NCBI GenBank assembly: GCA_008632985.1
Contig: QPGO01000180.1
Location: forward strand, 35,332-99,331
From: Psammoneis japonica
Taxonomy: Eukaryota
Length of the DNA stretch: 64,000 nt
Direction: 5' to 3'
Below the pieces are notes generated by a model. The model saw only the letters and a list, made by a program, of their open reading frames with translations, searched no databases and was not told the DNA's origin. The position numbers and the translations under genes are program-made. Positions 50,431 through 64,000 of the stretch are shown here, in pieces (position 1 is the first letter of the stretch; every line of letters starts with the position of its first letter).

Positions 50431-53400
50431 ATGGCCGGAACGCCGTCAAAGACTCCTTCCAAGACCCCCAAGGGCACCAAGACTCCGCAACAGAGGAGTC
50501 AGACTCCTCAACCTTCTCGAACCGGCAATGGGACACCTGCCACTCCCGCTGGTGAGAACAGCAGTTCCACCACAGGAGCTAATCAACCTCCGCCTCCTCC
50601 AAGGCGTGGAGGGATCCATCCAGAGTGTGTGCAACACATGGGCGGTTCTCCGTTGGATGATGACTGCAAGCCCAAGCTGCCTCGTTCCCACTGCTCAACT
50701 GACCAGTCTCGCGACAAGAAGATTCTACCGCACATCGAACACACTCTTCGCGAAGCTCGAGACAGAACACTCGTCGTCAAGTTTGACGGAAACCTCGAGC
50801 TCACTGACACGACCTCCAACAAGCTCGACCAATCCCACTTCGTTCAAGCTGTCCGCACCCTTGTCAAGGAGCATGGCTTGGAGAACTTCTTCACTGTGAA
50901 GCTTGAGAAGAAGGTTGTGTCGCCATTCGACCATCTCCACTCTTTTACGGTCGACGAGGTGATTGCCGAGCACCTTCATCGCGCCAACGTCGCCAAGGAC
51001 TTCACTGCATGTGACGACTACGAGCACAACGACATCACCCTCTCCCGATTGGTTGTTGAGTCTAGAATCTCACACCGATTCCGCGAGAAGATCGAGGTCC
51101 AATTCGGACATGACGATCTCTTTGAGTGCTGCCCGGTCAAGTCTGTTTGATGATGGCTTTGGATGCTTGCAATGCATCTGCCGCACATGACGTTGCCCAA
51201 GCCGCTGAGGACCTCGATGCTCCATCGCTTGCATCCCACCCGGGTGAGGACATGACTGAGTTCGCTGCCAAAGCTCTCCGTCTCACCAAGCTGCTCCAAG
51301 CCGGGTGTGCGTCACCTGTCGACCTTGGGTCAAGCATTCTCAACAAGTGCCAAAAGACCTCATGTGAGGCATTCAATCGCAAGATTTACACCAAGTTGGA
51401 CAAGGTGTCGACCATGGAACACAAGTGTCGCCTTGGCGATCCCAAGGCGATTGCCGCGGACTCCGACTGTGATGAACTCGGGCCTGCAGCATGCACTTCC
51501 TTTTTGCAGAAGGAGCATCGCTTCTGCGTTGCCGATGAGGATTGGCCCGGACTTTCCACCAAGCTCCCTCAGAGCAACAATGCTTCCAAGACCGGAAAAG
51601 GGGCCTGCAATGCATGTGGTGCTCCGGACCACTGGGCCAACGATCCCAAGTGTCCCAAGTGTGCCGAACGTCAGAAGCGCAAGAAAGAGAAACGTGAGCA
51701 GCGTTGACAGAACAGTCGCAAGGACAACCCGACGGTGCCACCCACCACTGCACCGCCTCCTGCGTCTTCCGTTACGGTTGACACTGTCCCTGCTGACAAA
51801 CAAGCCAAACTCAAGGAGTTGCTCACCAACGAGCCCCATCGTTACACCCGTCCGGCGGACCTGTCCAAACCTGTCGTGAACAAGCATGGTTCGACCACGT
51901 GTTTTTGTGGAAAGTGCACTTGCAAGCACACCGGCATTCAGGGGATGCACACGAATCACAAGGAGTCAGATCATGTTCGCAAACCACCGAAACAAGAACC
52001 ACCTGCGGCTGATCTTACCTCCATTGACGACCCAGATTCGGGCGTCCCACCTGGGCCACCCGCTCAGACTGCTCCAGACCCAACCAATGCGCCCGAGCCC
52101 TCTCCTGATGAGGACGAGCTTGTTTGGACTGGAATCCATTGTTGTGTGATCGAGGACTTGTCTCCTCCCACCCCGTCTGTTGTGCGAGTCTCCTGCAAAC
52201 CTGCTTCCGCATCTCAGAGGGAGCGCCTGCCGGTTGTGGTCGAGACCGTCGAACCTGAAGATGCTGACGACTTCAGCGATTGCTTCAATGCACATGACAA
52301 CCTGTCTTGGGACGATTCCATTGTTGTGTTTCCGCCCACGACTGCTCCTTCATCCAGTGTCCCCACTTCGGGTGCTCCGGCTCCTGCGGCAGAGTTCTTC
52401 TTCGATGCCGAGTCCGGACCCGAGCCCGCGCCGGATCCACCGGTTCCCCAAGCTCACCATCTGTTGCCATGGGATCTCCTCAAGCTCCCGCTCTTTTGGA
52501 TCTCTGCAATGCTTTGGGAAGGTCTCCTGTGGCTCGTCTGCTCCCAGGATGATCCCCCCCCCTCCTCCCTGCCATGAACTTTGCCTCAAGCACCACCCTG
52601 CGCTGCATCGCTGCCCCTGTCGTTGGGGCATGATTGCGTGCGCGATTGCGCTTTGGCATTTTGTGTGCAGCAGCGCTGTCCCTCCCCACCCCTTTCAATC
52701 ATTGGACCGCCTCTCTTCTCAAACATGCGAAGTTGTCTCTGCTCTCGATGAGCGCGTCGATCCATTGCCCGGTGCATTCGTCCAGTGCCATGCTGTCAAG
52801 GTCAGTCAATTCAAATGTGAGTTGGCGTGCTCAGAGGGAGACAAGCAAGACACCGCCACTCTACCTTTCAAACTTTCCAAGTTGATTGACAGGAGTGACG
52901 ACGACGATTTCTTTGATGCGCACACGGAGCTCCCCGTCCATGCGGAATGCTTCTTTGATGCTGATGCCTTCCACGAGTCTGACTGCTCGAGCCCGGAAGT
53001 CTTCAGCATTGCTGACTTGTGTCACGCCCGCTGCTTCATCGACTGCACCAATGCTCCGGAGCTCGCTGCAGAGGATCCATTGGCTTCACCAGCTGTGCGG
53101 ACCTCTGCTGCACTTCGTGCTGTTTCCGGGGAGACCCAACTTTTGCGTCTCGCCGCTGATCCCCAGGCCCTCTTCCACATCGGACCAAGTGATCTCCAGG
53201 TTGTTTTTGACACTGGTGCCTCGCAGGCCATCACTCCTGACAAGAAAGATTTTGATGGTCCGATTGGGCACTGCCGGACCCCGCTCCGCCTTGGCAGCAT
53301 GGCTGAAGGCATGTGCATCACTGGTGAGGGCACCGTCACGTGGACCTTTCAAGCCAGAGAGGGTCACAAAATTGCTGTCCAGCTCCGCGCCTTTCTCGTC

Positions 53401-56400
53401 CCGTCCTCCAAGGTTCGCCCACTTTCTCCACAATGTCTCTTCCATGCAGACGGCATCAAAGGACATTTTTGGGGTGACAGTGAGATTTTCAAGGTTTGTT
53501 TCGTAGACACGCCGGAGTTGACGCTCGAGTGCGACGAGCGCTCCCACTTGCCGGTTGGCTGCGCGACTCTCGGTTCCATCCATGCACCACAAGTCAATTT
53601 GAGCGCCATTGGCAACCCAGACAACCTCAATCTGTCTGCTGGACAGAAGCTTCTCAATGAATGGCATGCGCGCTTTGGGCACTTAAATTTTCCCAAGATC
53701 CAAGCTCTGCTCCGCGGCCATCCATTCGAGGCCATGAAATTCAAGGCAGCATCCAAATGCGACATTCCAAAATGCGACACATGCGAATGTGCCAAGGCTC
53801 ATTGCCGTTCTTTGAAGTCTGCCATTCACAAATCCGACCCCAAGCGCGATGGAGTGTTGAAGGCTGACCATCTCAATCCCGGCCAGTCCATCAGCGTTGA
53901 CCATTTCGAATCGCGTCTCAAGGGCCGCACCTGTGATTCACACGGCAAACCGTCCTCCCAGCAGCATGTTGGCGGCTGTGTCTTTGTCGACCACTCCTCT
54001 GGTTACATCCACGTTGAACACCAAGTCGGTTTCTCCGCTGTCGAGACTGTTCGAGCGAAACAGGCACATGAGACCATGGCAATGGGACACGGCGTGATTG
54101 TCCAAACTCACCTCACTGACGGTGGCGCTTTCAAGGCCAACCAGTTCGTTTCCCACATCCACAACTCCCAGCAACACATGCACTTTTGTGGTGCCAACGC
54201 TCATCATCAAAATGGTGTTGCGGAACGCTCCATTTGGTCCATGTCCAACATGGCTTGCGCCATGATCCTCCATGCTTCGATTCACTGGCGTGGCGGCATC
54301 GACAGCTCTCTGTGGCCCATGGCAGTGCACTGTGCTGCCCACATCTGTGATGCCACTCCCGGCGCCCATGGTCTGTGTCCCGCCAACATCTTTGCTGGCT
54401 CCACCGTCCCACGCCACCGCCTCCGCGATCTCCATGTTTGGGGTTGTCCTGTCTGCGTCTTGGATCCCAAATTACAGGAAGGCAAGAAACTTCCCCGTTG
54501 GCAGCCGCATTCTCGGCGTGGTGTCTTTCTTGGACTCAGCAATGTTCACATCAGTGAGGTGCCATTGGTCCTCAATCTCAACACTGGCTCCATTGCTCCC
54601 CAGCACCACGTCGTGTTTGACAATCTCTTCACCACGGTTGCTTCGATCGCGAGGGAGAGCGAATCGCCGGATCACTGGGAAGAATTGTGGTTGGAGAATG
54701 CCACTCAAATTCCCTTGGACTCGTCCGATGGACCGTTGTTCCTTCAAGACGACTGGCTCACTCCTGCTGAACTTGAACAGAAACAACAACATGAGACCAG
54801 GGAACGCAATGTTTGCACTGCACTTCAACAGCAGCAGAGCTTGCCGAAACCCACTGAGAAACCAAAACCTGCAGCAGATCCTTTGCCATCTCCAAATCCA
54901 CCGCCATCCACACCATCGATGCCAACAACTGCAGTTGATCCATCACCGACACCACCGCCACAAACACCGTCGCTTCAAAACCCATCATTGCCGACACCTC
55001 CAGTTGACGATCCTCCACCTTCAGTCGTGTGTCCGCCGTCTGCTGCTGGCAATGGTCCGGCACGTCAGTCCCATCCATGACTGCTCCAGTCCCACCTGAA
55101 CCCTCAACCACGACTGAGACACCAGGGGTGCGCTGATCCCAACGGTCGAACAAGGGCACGCACACAACTGCTTGTTTCGCTGATGAAGCACATCTGGCTT
55201 CTGTCATCCCTGACGATGTTGGAGACAACAGGCTCAGCTTGCCCATTTGGCTGAGATCCAGACTGACTGTGATTCGGGTGTTTTGGATGTTCAGGACCCG
55301 CGGATCTACGCCGCTGAGGTCAAACGCGATGCGGATGATCCAAACATTCGCGAGGCTCTCTCGGGTGATTTTGCCAAGCAATGCATTGAAGCCATGAAGA
55401 CGGAGGCATCTGCTCTTGTCCATCGTAAAACGTGGCAATTTGTGAAATGGGAGAAGTCAATGAATTTGCTCAAGTCCACATGGGCATTCAAGTTGAAATG
55501 ATTGCCGGATGGCACGCCGCTTGAGTTCAAAGTGCGATTTTGTGTCCAAGGAGATCTGCAAAAAGAGGGAGTTGACTGCTTTGAGACCTGCACTCCAGTG
55601 GTCCAATGGTCGACTGTCCGTCTTGCATTGAGCACTGTCCCCACAAGAAGGATGGACCACCCGTCAGGTTGATTGCACCAACGCTTTTGCGCAGGCCGAG
55701 ATGATGGAAGACGTTTGTGTCGAACCACCCAAGTGTTTCGCTCCCAGCTCGGGATCCAATGTTGTCTTGAAGCTGCTCAAGAGTCTCTGCGGTCTCAAGC
55801 AAGCTCCCAAGTGCTTCTTTGACAAGCTGCATGAAGGATTGTTGGAACGAGGATGGACCCAGTCGCAAGTCGACCCGTGCCCATTTTTCAAGGACGGTGT
55901 GATTTGTGCAGTCTGTGTTGATGACACTGTCCTCGCTGGCAAGAATGGAGCCGCTCTAGAAAGTGAGATCAAGGCTCCAGGCATCCAAGACGACGAACAA
56001 CGCCATGCATTCGAGTTGCGAAATGAGGGAGAAGTTGGTGACTTCCTCGGTGTCAAGATTCGCAAAACCGGACCCAAGGAATTCTTCCTTGCCCAGCCTG
56101 GACTCATTGATGAGGCCCTCAAGACAGCTGGTGTGGAAGATTGCCGCTCTTCTCCCACTCCCAGTGCTGCCTCTCCATGTCATGCGGATAAAGAGGGAGC
56201 CGAATTCGACGAGAACTGGGACTGCCGTTCCGTCATCGGCATGTTGATGCATCTGTCATCCAACTCCCGACCAGATGTCTGCTGCGCCACGCATCAAGCC
56301 GCCCGCTTCTCATGTGCTCCCAAGCATTCTCATGCGATTGCGGTGAAGCATGTTCTGCGACACTCACAAGGTGCCAAGGACAAGGGACTCTATCCATGCC

Positions 56401-56962
56401 CTGGCGACAACGAATGTGTTGGTTGTTTCGTTGACGCCGACTTCGCCGGCCTCTGCGGTCACGAAGACACTCAAGATCCGGTCAGCGTCAAGTCCCGCAC
56501 CGGACATGTCATCTTGCACTGCGATTGTCCTGTTTTGTGGGTTTCTAAGCTACAGACGCAAACAGCACTCTCCACTGTGGAGGCCGAGTGCCTTGCTCTG
56601 TCGGCTGCGATGCGCGACCTGATTCCGATTCGTGAAATTTTGAAGGAATTCAAGTGTCATGTTTTCGGTCTCACGGATTACAAGACCCCTGCCACCACCA
56701 AGTCCAAGGCCTTTTCAGATGTAAAGGATGGTGCGATCCCTTCTTCAGCCTCAAGTTTGCGAAAATGGCCAAGTTGTCTCCACGCACCAAACACATTGGC
56801 ACGCCCTGTCATTGGCTCCGCACCAAGGTCGAGGCTCTTGAGATCCGGATTGAGCCTGCAGGAACTGATTCCCAGTTAGCTGATCAATTTACGAAGGGAC
56901 TCATTGCTGACAAGTTTGAATCTGGTCGGCCAAGTCTCTCAGGCTGGCAGCTCTGTGGTTGA
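50431..56962 (+). pseudogene. Copia gag-pol with stops and frameshifts
   Basis: Zn knuckle CNACGAPDHW, protease VVFDTGAS, WHARFGH...CDTC, integrase SVDHF/HQNGVAERSI, RT STWAFK/KVRFCVQGDLQ/CVDD, RNase H FVDADFAG/LSTVEAE/QLADQFTK. Confidence 0.93.
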
Positions 56963-56969
56963 GAGGGAG

Positions 56970-57164
56970 AGTTGACGTCTGTCAATCCACCTGTCAACTG
57001 TGCGCAATCGCGTGCTTCAATTTTCAAATTCCGCCATCAAAACTCTGCTCGACATTGCAGTCATAATTTTCAGTCAACGACTTTTGCAACAACAACAGCT
57101 GCCAGTTTGCAACCTTGAGCATCAGCTCTTTTGACATCTGCAGTTGTACATCGGTGTGACAAGT
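56970..57164 (+). repeat. 3' LTR
   Basis: Follows the PPT directly; followed by TSD CACAT. Confidence 0.95.
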
Positions 57165-57743
57165 CACATGGGCAATGTCAGCATGGTTTTTCAATCCATT
57201 TGCTGCTCTTTTTCATGGGTGCCCATTTTGGCCCCTCTTTTTTTGCCGCTTTTCGGCCATGGTCATCGCCTTTCCTCTCGGCGTGTCAAATTTTTTCCTC
57301 CTCTCACCGAGATGTGCCATGTGCAGATGTGCATGTTCACATGCTGTGTTGCATTGGATGCACCACAGTTGTTTGGCCGATGCTGATTGTGTGCACACAC
57401 ATTCATTCTCGGGAGGGTTCAGTCAAAACGAAAATTGTCACCACGTTTTTCGGAGTTTTCTCGTTTTCCCGCAAAATGCGTGCAATCACGATGATGAATG
57501 GTGATGGAAACCGACCCGTCACATGGGACCAAATGTTCGATTCATCCTTGTCTTCATGCATTGGACAAGCGTGGGAATCGGGTGGGGTTGCGTTCGTCGG
57601 AACCGACACAATGTTGGTCAACGCTTGTCCTTCCTGAGCAATTTCACATGCTGGTCGCTTTCACTTTCCAGCGTGTTTGTTCTCACTTTTCCTTTTTTCA
57701 AGATTGGACGAGCCTTTGTTTTCCGACATTCTGTTGTTCCACC

Positions 57744-59948
57744 ATGAGCCAAGCCCATGTTGCTGCCATCAACCATGGCAAGCTGTCTGCCCTCCTCATG
57801 GGCATGCTCGAGTTTGTCTCGATGACGGACCGTGACACCCAGAAGGAGCTTCGTGACCATGTCTTTGCGACTTTGGACCTTTTCTGCATGGTCCACAATC
57901 GCAAGATCACGGTTGTGGTGAAACCTTGCCCCAGGCAGCACACTGATGGGAACTTGAGGTGGATTGGGAGCCTCTCGGATGCGATCGGTGAGGTCATTCT
58001 GATGTCCGGCCGTTGGACTTGTTTCCAAGGCCACGTCACCACTTTAGTTCCCCAAGGCGCCGTGGATGCTTGCCACCTGCCCAAGTGTGAACTAAGCCCT
58101 GACGAAATTGACGGTCCTGTTGGCAACGACGGGACTGGTGACCCTGCGTCGATGGGTCGTCTCCATTTTGGGAATCCTGCTGGACCGGCCGAGCGCCCTG
58201 CCATTGTTGCGCTCCCGCTTTTCCCACCATTCCCTGTGGGCATTGCTCTTCCCATTGACTTCGACCCGGCAAATCCCCCAGCATCCCTTGCTGCTAACTT
58301 TCTGCTTGGAGCGGCATGGGCTGAGGGTGTCGACTGGTTGCTGCAGCACAACACTTCTGTCTCCGTCATGGAAGGTGGCCCTGTGTTTGAGCAGACTGGC
58401 TTTGCTGTCATTGATGAATTCTCTGGTCTAGAGGTCTACAATCTCGATGACAACGATGTGCAGATGCTCCAGCCTCTAACGGATTGGTGTGCTCTAGTCA
58501 AGAGCACGATGGATGCCTTTGCGAATGAGACTTGGAGGCAGCTCGGTGGTGACGAGCCTGCGCATGCACAAGCTCCTGCCGCTCCAGCTCAGGGCACCAA
58601 CGGTCTGGTCCCAAACTGTGCCATCAACATCCCTCGCCAGGATTCGAAGAAGGAGTTGGATCAGAAGTTGAGGGCACGTGATGTTGGTTGCCGCTGGTCT
58701 CCATGTGCGTTCCGAGCGACTGCTGGCACTGGTCCGGAAGACCTGCCCATGATCATTGTCGGCGAGCTTGCGGACAATGCAGTCAAGATCCTACAAGACA
58801 CCTCGGCAGCTGATGCCAACCGAGACCTTGCGGACCTTGTTAAGATGGCTGTTGTGGCTTCGGCTTGTGGTGACAGTGGTCTTGATGCTGGAGTCGACTG
58901 CAAGCACACCATTGTCAACAAAGCCCACGCGGATTGTTTCCGCGGCTTTGACGTGGTTGCGGAGCCTCCGCAGTGTGGCCAGGCTTCTTGCCACATGAAG
59001 TTGTCAATCCTCCCCTTCCTTCTGCCCCAGACTGCATCATCTTCCTTTGCCAGCCTTGAGGAGGAAGGAAGGACGCTCCATCGGGTGCTTGCTGATGGAT
59101 CGGACTGCAAGATCCCCGACGACGTGAAGGCAAGCGACCTTTACATCCAAGGGAGGATGGATGCCACCAGCGATCTGTGGTCGGCACTGTGCAACTTTCG
59201 TTGTGTCTTCGGCTGTTGGATCAAAGACTTTGATGATGCCGAGTCATGGCAATCATTGGATGCATGTGCGAAGGTCCTTTGGTCGCATCCTGGCCACACG
59301 TGGCTCAAAAACCTTGAGGACCCGAAACCAGTCGTTGCCAGCATCCTGGATGATTTCCAGACCATTGTCAAGGTTTATTTCGAGATTGGGGACTCCCCAT
59401 TGTGCCGCCAGGTGGTTGAAACCGAGCGCCCACTGAGCCATCAGATTGCGAAGGACGCTCATGCTTCAGTTGAGTCCCTCATCGCGGATCTCAACACGGC
59501 CATCACACGGGGCAAGCCTCTCACCTTTGCTGAAGCGTCTACATTGGCCCTTGTCCCTCTGGGCAGTTCCATGTTGCCCCTTGCTGGAGACAAACAGGAC
59601 AAAAAGACCAAGTCCGGTCAACCTCCTAAGAAGAAGCCGCGCACGGAGGACACGACCGACAGTGCGGCCGAGCTCTGCAAGGCAATGGGCATGCTTGCTT
59701 TTTCGGGAACGAGGTGCCCTCCTGCCTGTCCAGTCTTTTATAAGAAGAATGGATCAGACCAGGAGGAACGTGTTTGCATGCATTTTTGTGCTGAAGGATG
59801 CTGCTGCAAGTTCCCTGACTGCCCGAAGCCACACCCATCACCGGTGTCCAAGATTCCGGAGGCAAAGCGAGACGCCTTTTGCCAATTTGTCCGGGACACC
59901 CAGGGACTCGAATTCGTCCCAGGAAAGGGCCCAGATGGTGCGTCATAA
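57744..59948 (+). pseudogene. gag-like ORF1 of the YR retrotransposon with a C-terminal CCCH-like finger
   Basis: Long ORF, likely start MSQAHV; ends CMHFCAEGCCCKFPDCPKPH; lies directly upstream of RT. Confidence 0.7.
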
Positions 59949-60070
59949 ACACATTTGAAGCTCACAGTTTCTGCACTGCCCCTGTTGCTAATTCAGTGTT
60001 GTTTTAATCTGTGCTGTCAATCTTTTGACCAGTCTGTGTTATCCCGGATGGGTCAGTTTGTCTCATTGCA

Positions 60071-62932
60071 ATGGACACAGACGACGACAGCAAACCGGAG
60101 CATGAAGTGGTAGATGCAGAGTCAGAGGAGGCCGGAATGAGCATTGAGGATGCTGTTCCAGCCACAGATGCTGCGCTTGCCACGTCTGTGACGGAACCAC
60201 ATCCGAGCCTACGTCGGCTTGCGGTTGCGCCGACGGCACCCCTCGAAGAGAGAGAGTTGGTGGAGCCATTCCCGACTTTTTCGTTGGTTCATAAGAAGAA
60301 GGGTGCGGATTTGATCCCAACCATCAACAATGGTTTCAACAAGGCAGCTCATGAGCACTTTGCCAATGCGCAACTGTCTCCAGGGGTTCGCGCCAAGTTG
60401 GACCAAAAATTCGGCAAGGAAAATTTGAACCAATGTTTTGTGTCCAAAGCCTGTCTGCGTCATGTGCTGTTGCCACTCTGGAAGTCGGGACACCTGTCAC
60501 CACCAATCAAATGCATGAATCCTGCGTCTGCCAGCATCCATTTTGGTGAGGATTGGTTGAATTTTGGCGCCGCTGTCCCGGAAGTGGCTGAGTTCATGGG
60601 TCCAGTCCAGGAGTGCGGCGATGTTGACTTCAACCCGTTGCGTGGCTGTCCCAAAGGGTGGCAAATGGAGGCTAAAGTCAACACTGACCAAGCAGCAATG
60701 ACAAGTGCAGCACTGTTGCACTTCGACGGAGACCCGGCGAATCTGGTCCGCTGGGTTGGCGGACCACATGTTGGCGAACACCGCGACACAGACAGAATCC
60801 TCCGTTTCACACAAGGCCGAGTCCCCAACGAAACAACAGCACATGTCCGCCGCATCTTCCAAGACGGGGCGCCAGCGAAATGCAGTGCTGCTTTCTCGGA
60901 AGCCAACTTTCAAGCAGCCTTGCGCCATGGCAACCACAAGACTGTCGACGCAGATCCTGCAAAGACATCGTCAGCAGTTGTCAAGGACAATCGCAAGGGG
61001 TTCACATTGCCATTTGACCAGCGGCTCGTGCCGCACTTGCTGAATTGCCATCTAACTCCACAAGGAATGGTGGATTTGGACAAGAAGCACAAAAGCCCGC
61101 ATCCAATCTTTGACAGCACGATGCGCCCGACACCGGGCGGCATGGCAATCAACGACACGCTAGATCTGGAGAATGAACCTCCAATCACATTCCCATCAGC
61201 TGAAATGGATTTCATGGTGTGGATGTGGAACATGAGGATCTCATGCCCACATGAGGAGATTTGCCTGGGGACGATGACGTGAGTGGTGCGTTCCGTAACA
61301 TGAAGCATCACCCGAACCTCGTCGGCATGCACACCAGCGTCCAATGCGGACCAGGCATCCTGCAAATGGGTTGCACCTTCGGGGACAAGACAAACCCGCT
61401 TGACTGGGATGCCATTGCAAATGCAAGGCAATCCCCAGCTCAACATTTTTGGCGTGTTCCCAATGTCGTCGAGCCAGCTCATCAGTGCCTGCCGACCATG
61501 TCGTTTGCAAAGCAGCCCACTGCCAAGGAGATTGCATCCTTTTCTCCCGCGGAAGCCGATGCTGTTAACCCTGGAGTCTTCCTTGATGACCATCGTCTCC
61601 CGCCAACCTGTGAGCACCATGTCGACGACAACTTCTGCGGCGACATGCGCGACTTCATGGAGCGGACCGTCGCGGCGAGTGCTTTGGCGGTCTGTGTCCC
61701 ACTGAGTTTCCCTCGGAACGAGACACCTGATTTCCTCAGCAAAGAAAAATTGGATGCGCTCCATTCACATTTGCGAAGAGCCTTGGGCCGGCATTTCAAC
61801 TCAAGAAAGATGTCGGTGGGCATGTCACCGCACAAACGGGAACAGTTCCTTGAAACACTCCATGAGTGGCTCGGCAGACAGCGATGCACACTGCTGGATG
61901 CAGCAAACCTGCATGGTCAATTTGAATCCCATGCAAGGCATTGCCCATGGGCTCGACCCCATTTTTTTGCACTCCAGAACTCCATGGGTTGAGCGATGGT
62001 CATCCAGTGCACCATTGTGAAGCGCATCCTCGAGCGCCAAAATTTGAAATCAAATTTTGAAACTCAACTGCCGAGCCAACTGCGGAATGGGCTGCCGAGC
62101 TTGCTCATGCATGCCCAAGCCCAGCTCCTCTACAAGTTGAAAATTGAGACCCCGATGACCTCCGATGCATTGGACATGATCAAGGAAGTGACATCATACA
62201 TCCAATCAACTCCAGACCCATGGTCGGGCACCGACAGGATGCGTTGTCCCTCGGGTGCCCCACTGCCAAGCAATTGGAGACACCAGCAACGTCGGCGGAG
62301 GTGCCTGTTGCTGCAAGCTCAAATTTTGGTTCGCTTTTCTTTGGGGACCAAAAATCGCAAAGGGTCTCAGGCTGCGGAAGTCAACGGATCTGGACTGTGT
62401 CCATGTCAATGCAGTGGAGTTCATTGTCATCATGCTCAAGTTGGCAGCCATTGTCGTTTGCATGGAGAATGTGACTCCAGAACGGGCGCATGAGTTCTTC
62501 CGGGACGGCATCGTCCCACTGCATCTGGTCATCAGAAGTTGCTCAGATGACATGGCATCAGTCAACCGGACAAACAAAGCCACTTCGAAGTCGCCACAAG
62601 GGCAGCGATTCATGTGGGTTTTTTGTGAATTGCTGCATCATGCGCGTGCAAACCCAAATGGCGATCACATCTTTGGCAACGAGAATTTTGTCACAGATGA
62701 CATCTCACGACCTTCTGTTTTTGCCCTGATCTCGAATCGTCACCATTCTGAACAGCTGTTTCGGAAGCATCCCTTTCTGAAGACCTGGGACTGTTTCCAG
62801 CCGAGTCAAGAGCTCTTGCAGCTCCTCTCCTCACAGCTGTCTGCCAAGCACAGAACGGCACCCCAGATCCCAAGCAACTTGGGACAGCTTGTTCCCACCA
62901 AATCCATTTCCTCCACTTTTACAAGAGTGTGA
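60071..62932 (+). pseudogene. RT-RNase H of the YR retrotransposon, frameshifted
   Basis: PIFDST, DDVSGAFR, TFGDKTNP, HHVDDN; RNase H IGDTSNVGGGA, HVNAVEF, SDDMAS, DHIFGNENFVTDDISR over four ORFs. Confidence 0.88.
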
Positions 62933-64000
62933 GGTGGGATCTAGAAGATCCGGAAATGACTGTGGTTGGCAAGGACCTGAAACATTGCCAATTGGTGCCA
63001 GCTGTGCATGCATCACATCTGGCAACCGGGGCCACCCTGCACTGTAAAAATGTTTCTACAGGTGCCATCAAGGAACACATCCACAACGTCTCCACGTTCG
63101 TGTCTCTGTTTGGTTCCAACTGTTGGGACGTCCGCAAGGACAACAGTGTGGACACCAAAATGGGATGGATCCTCAGGGGAGCATTTGATGAACTCCAACG
63201 GCACGACAAGGTCCCGGACCGACGTGAGTCGTGTGCATTGCTTGTGCAACAACATGCAACTTCAACAGCAGCAGACATGCGAGAAACCGACCCCGACGCA
63301 ATTGAGGTGGTCCTCGCTGACTGGTTTGAGATCGGCCCAATGGCAGGCCTGTGCAGTGTTGAGTGGGCACAGTCCAATGACCACTCAGACCTGGAGAATC
63401 CCAGGCTCAACATCTTCAAGGAGACATGCGCGTTCTGCCTCGATGATGTGCGCATTGAGACCAAGGACAAGCACCAACACTCTGGGGCTGATTGCCTCAC
63501 CCCCAAGCAAGATGACATCGAGAGCATGTTTGTCACATTTCGAGACCAGAAGAACCAGCAACATGGCGAGGAGTGCCAGCTCGCCTTGAACCTCACGGGC
63601 ACTCACGACTTGGTCAAGCCAATGCTTTGCGTGATCCAATGCTTTGCACGGGTCCGTGGTGAAGATGACAAAACCTGCCCCCTGGCACTCTGTTTTGATC
63701 CCAAGGAGAACAAGTGCCGCCTTGTGACATCCAAGAAAATTGAGGCCCGCGTGCGCCAAATTGCAGCAGAGGTGTGCCACCTTGACCAGGTCAAGGATAA
63801 AAAGGCTGTCAGCAAATGGTCAGCACATTCCCTCCATGTTGGAGCCTGCAACATCCTCCATGAGATGAATTTTAGTGCTGAGCAGATTAATCAGCTGCCA
63901 AGATGGCGATCCGACGCCTTTGTGGCGCACCTCCGTAACTGCTTGGGTCTCTCTCAGGCCCATTGCCGAGCCCTCGATAAAGCGGCACCTGTGCCGTTCT
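62930..64000 (+). pseudogene. Tyrosine recombinase with mutated catalytic residues, open to the window edge
   Basis: Manual translation: AGLCSVEW (cf. GLR.SE), SAHSLHVGA (cf. HSLRVGA), RWRSDAFVAHLRN (cf. ..YLR). Missing from the ORF track because there is no stop. Confidence 0.9.

Larger units (their letters stand above)
49735..57164 (+). mobile_element. Full-length but inactivated Ty1/Copia LTR retrotransposon (7.43 kb)
   Basis: 195-bp LTRs; TSD CACAT at 49730-34 and 57165-69; PPT GAGAGGGAG at 56961-69; PBS-like GGTCATCGAGCCC at 49930; order gag-PR-IN-RT-RH. Confidence 0.95.
49460..64000 (+). mobile_element. Tyrosine-recombinase (DIRS/Ngaro-like) retrotransposon, interrupted in its 5' leader by the Copia element; 3' end outside the window
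   Basis: gag-like ORF, RT/RNase H and YR in order on the + strand from ~57.7 kb. TpA-poor sequence 49460-49734 is inferred to be its 5' part; the left boundary is approximate. Confidence 0.8.

Noticed and set aside
49735..64000. Alternative genetic code or RNA editing as the cause of Tyr->Cys/His
   Set aside because: Host genes use Tyr normally, non-coding LTRs and TIRs are affected, and changes occur on both strands after insertion.

Overview
Eukaryotic genomic DNA, most likely from a diatom (short GT-AG introns, bipartite plastid presequences, diatom-type Copia and tyrosine-recombinase retroelements). About 1-26.1 kb and 44.5-49.1 kb are compact host-gene blocks: GT49/LARGE-like glycosyltransferase, class I heme peroxidase, TPR protein, ERCC1, three CDPKs, NYN nuclease, TspO, 2OG-Fe(II) oxygenase, Zn-dehydrogenase and RPAP1. 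The rest (14.0-15.5, 26.2-35.3, 36.8-44.5 and 49.5-64 kb) is repeat-derived: a full-length Copia nested in a DIRS/Ngaro-like element, a two-gene IS630/Tc1-like TIR transposon, LINE and gag remnants, a MITE-like element and a K2P-channel pseudogene. The main signal is that these repeat regions have lost almost all TpA dinucleotides, converted to TpG or CpA, with CpG decay added in older parts. Conserved Tyr residues become Cys or His, LTR/TIR/paralog pairs differ at exactly these sites, and host genes are untouched. This suggests a RIP-like, repeat-targeted A:T->G:C hypermutation process, opposite in direction to fungal RIP. I am not aware of a description of it; the mechanism is inferred, not shown.
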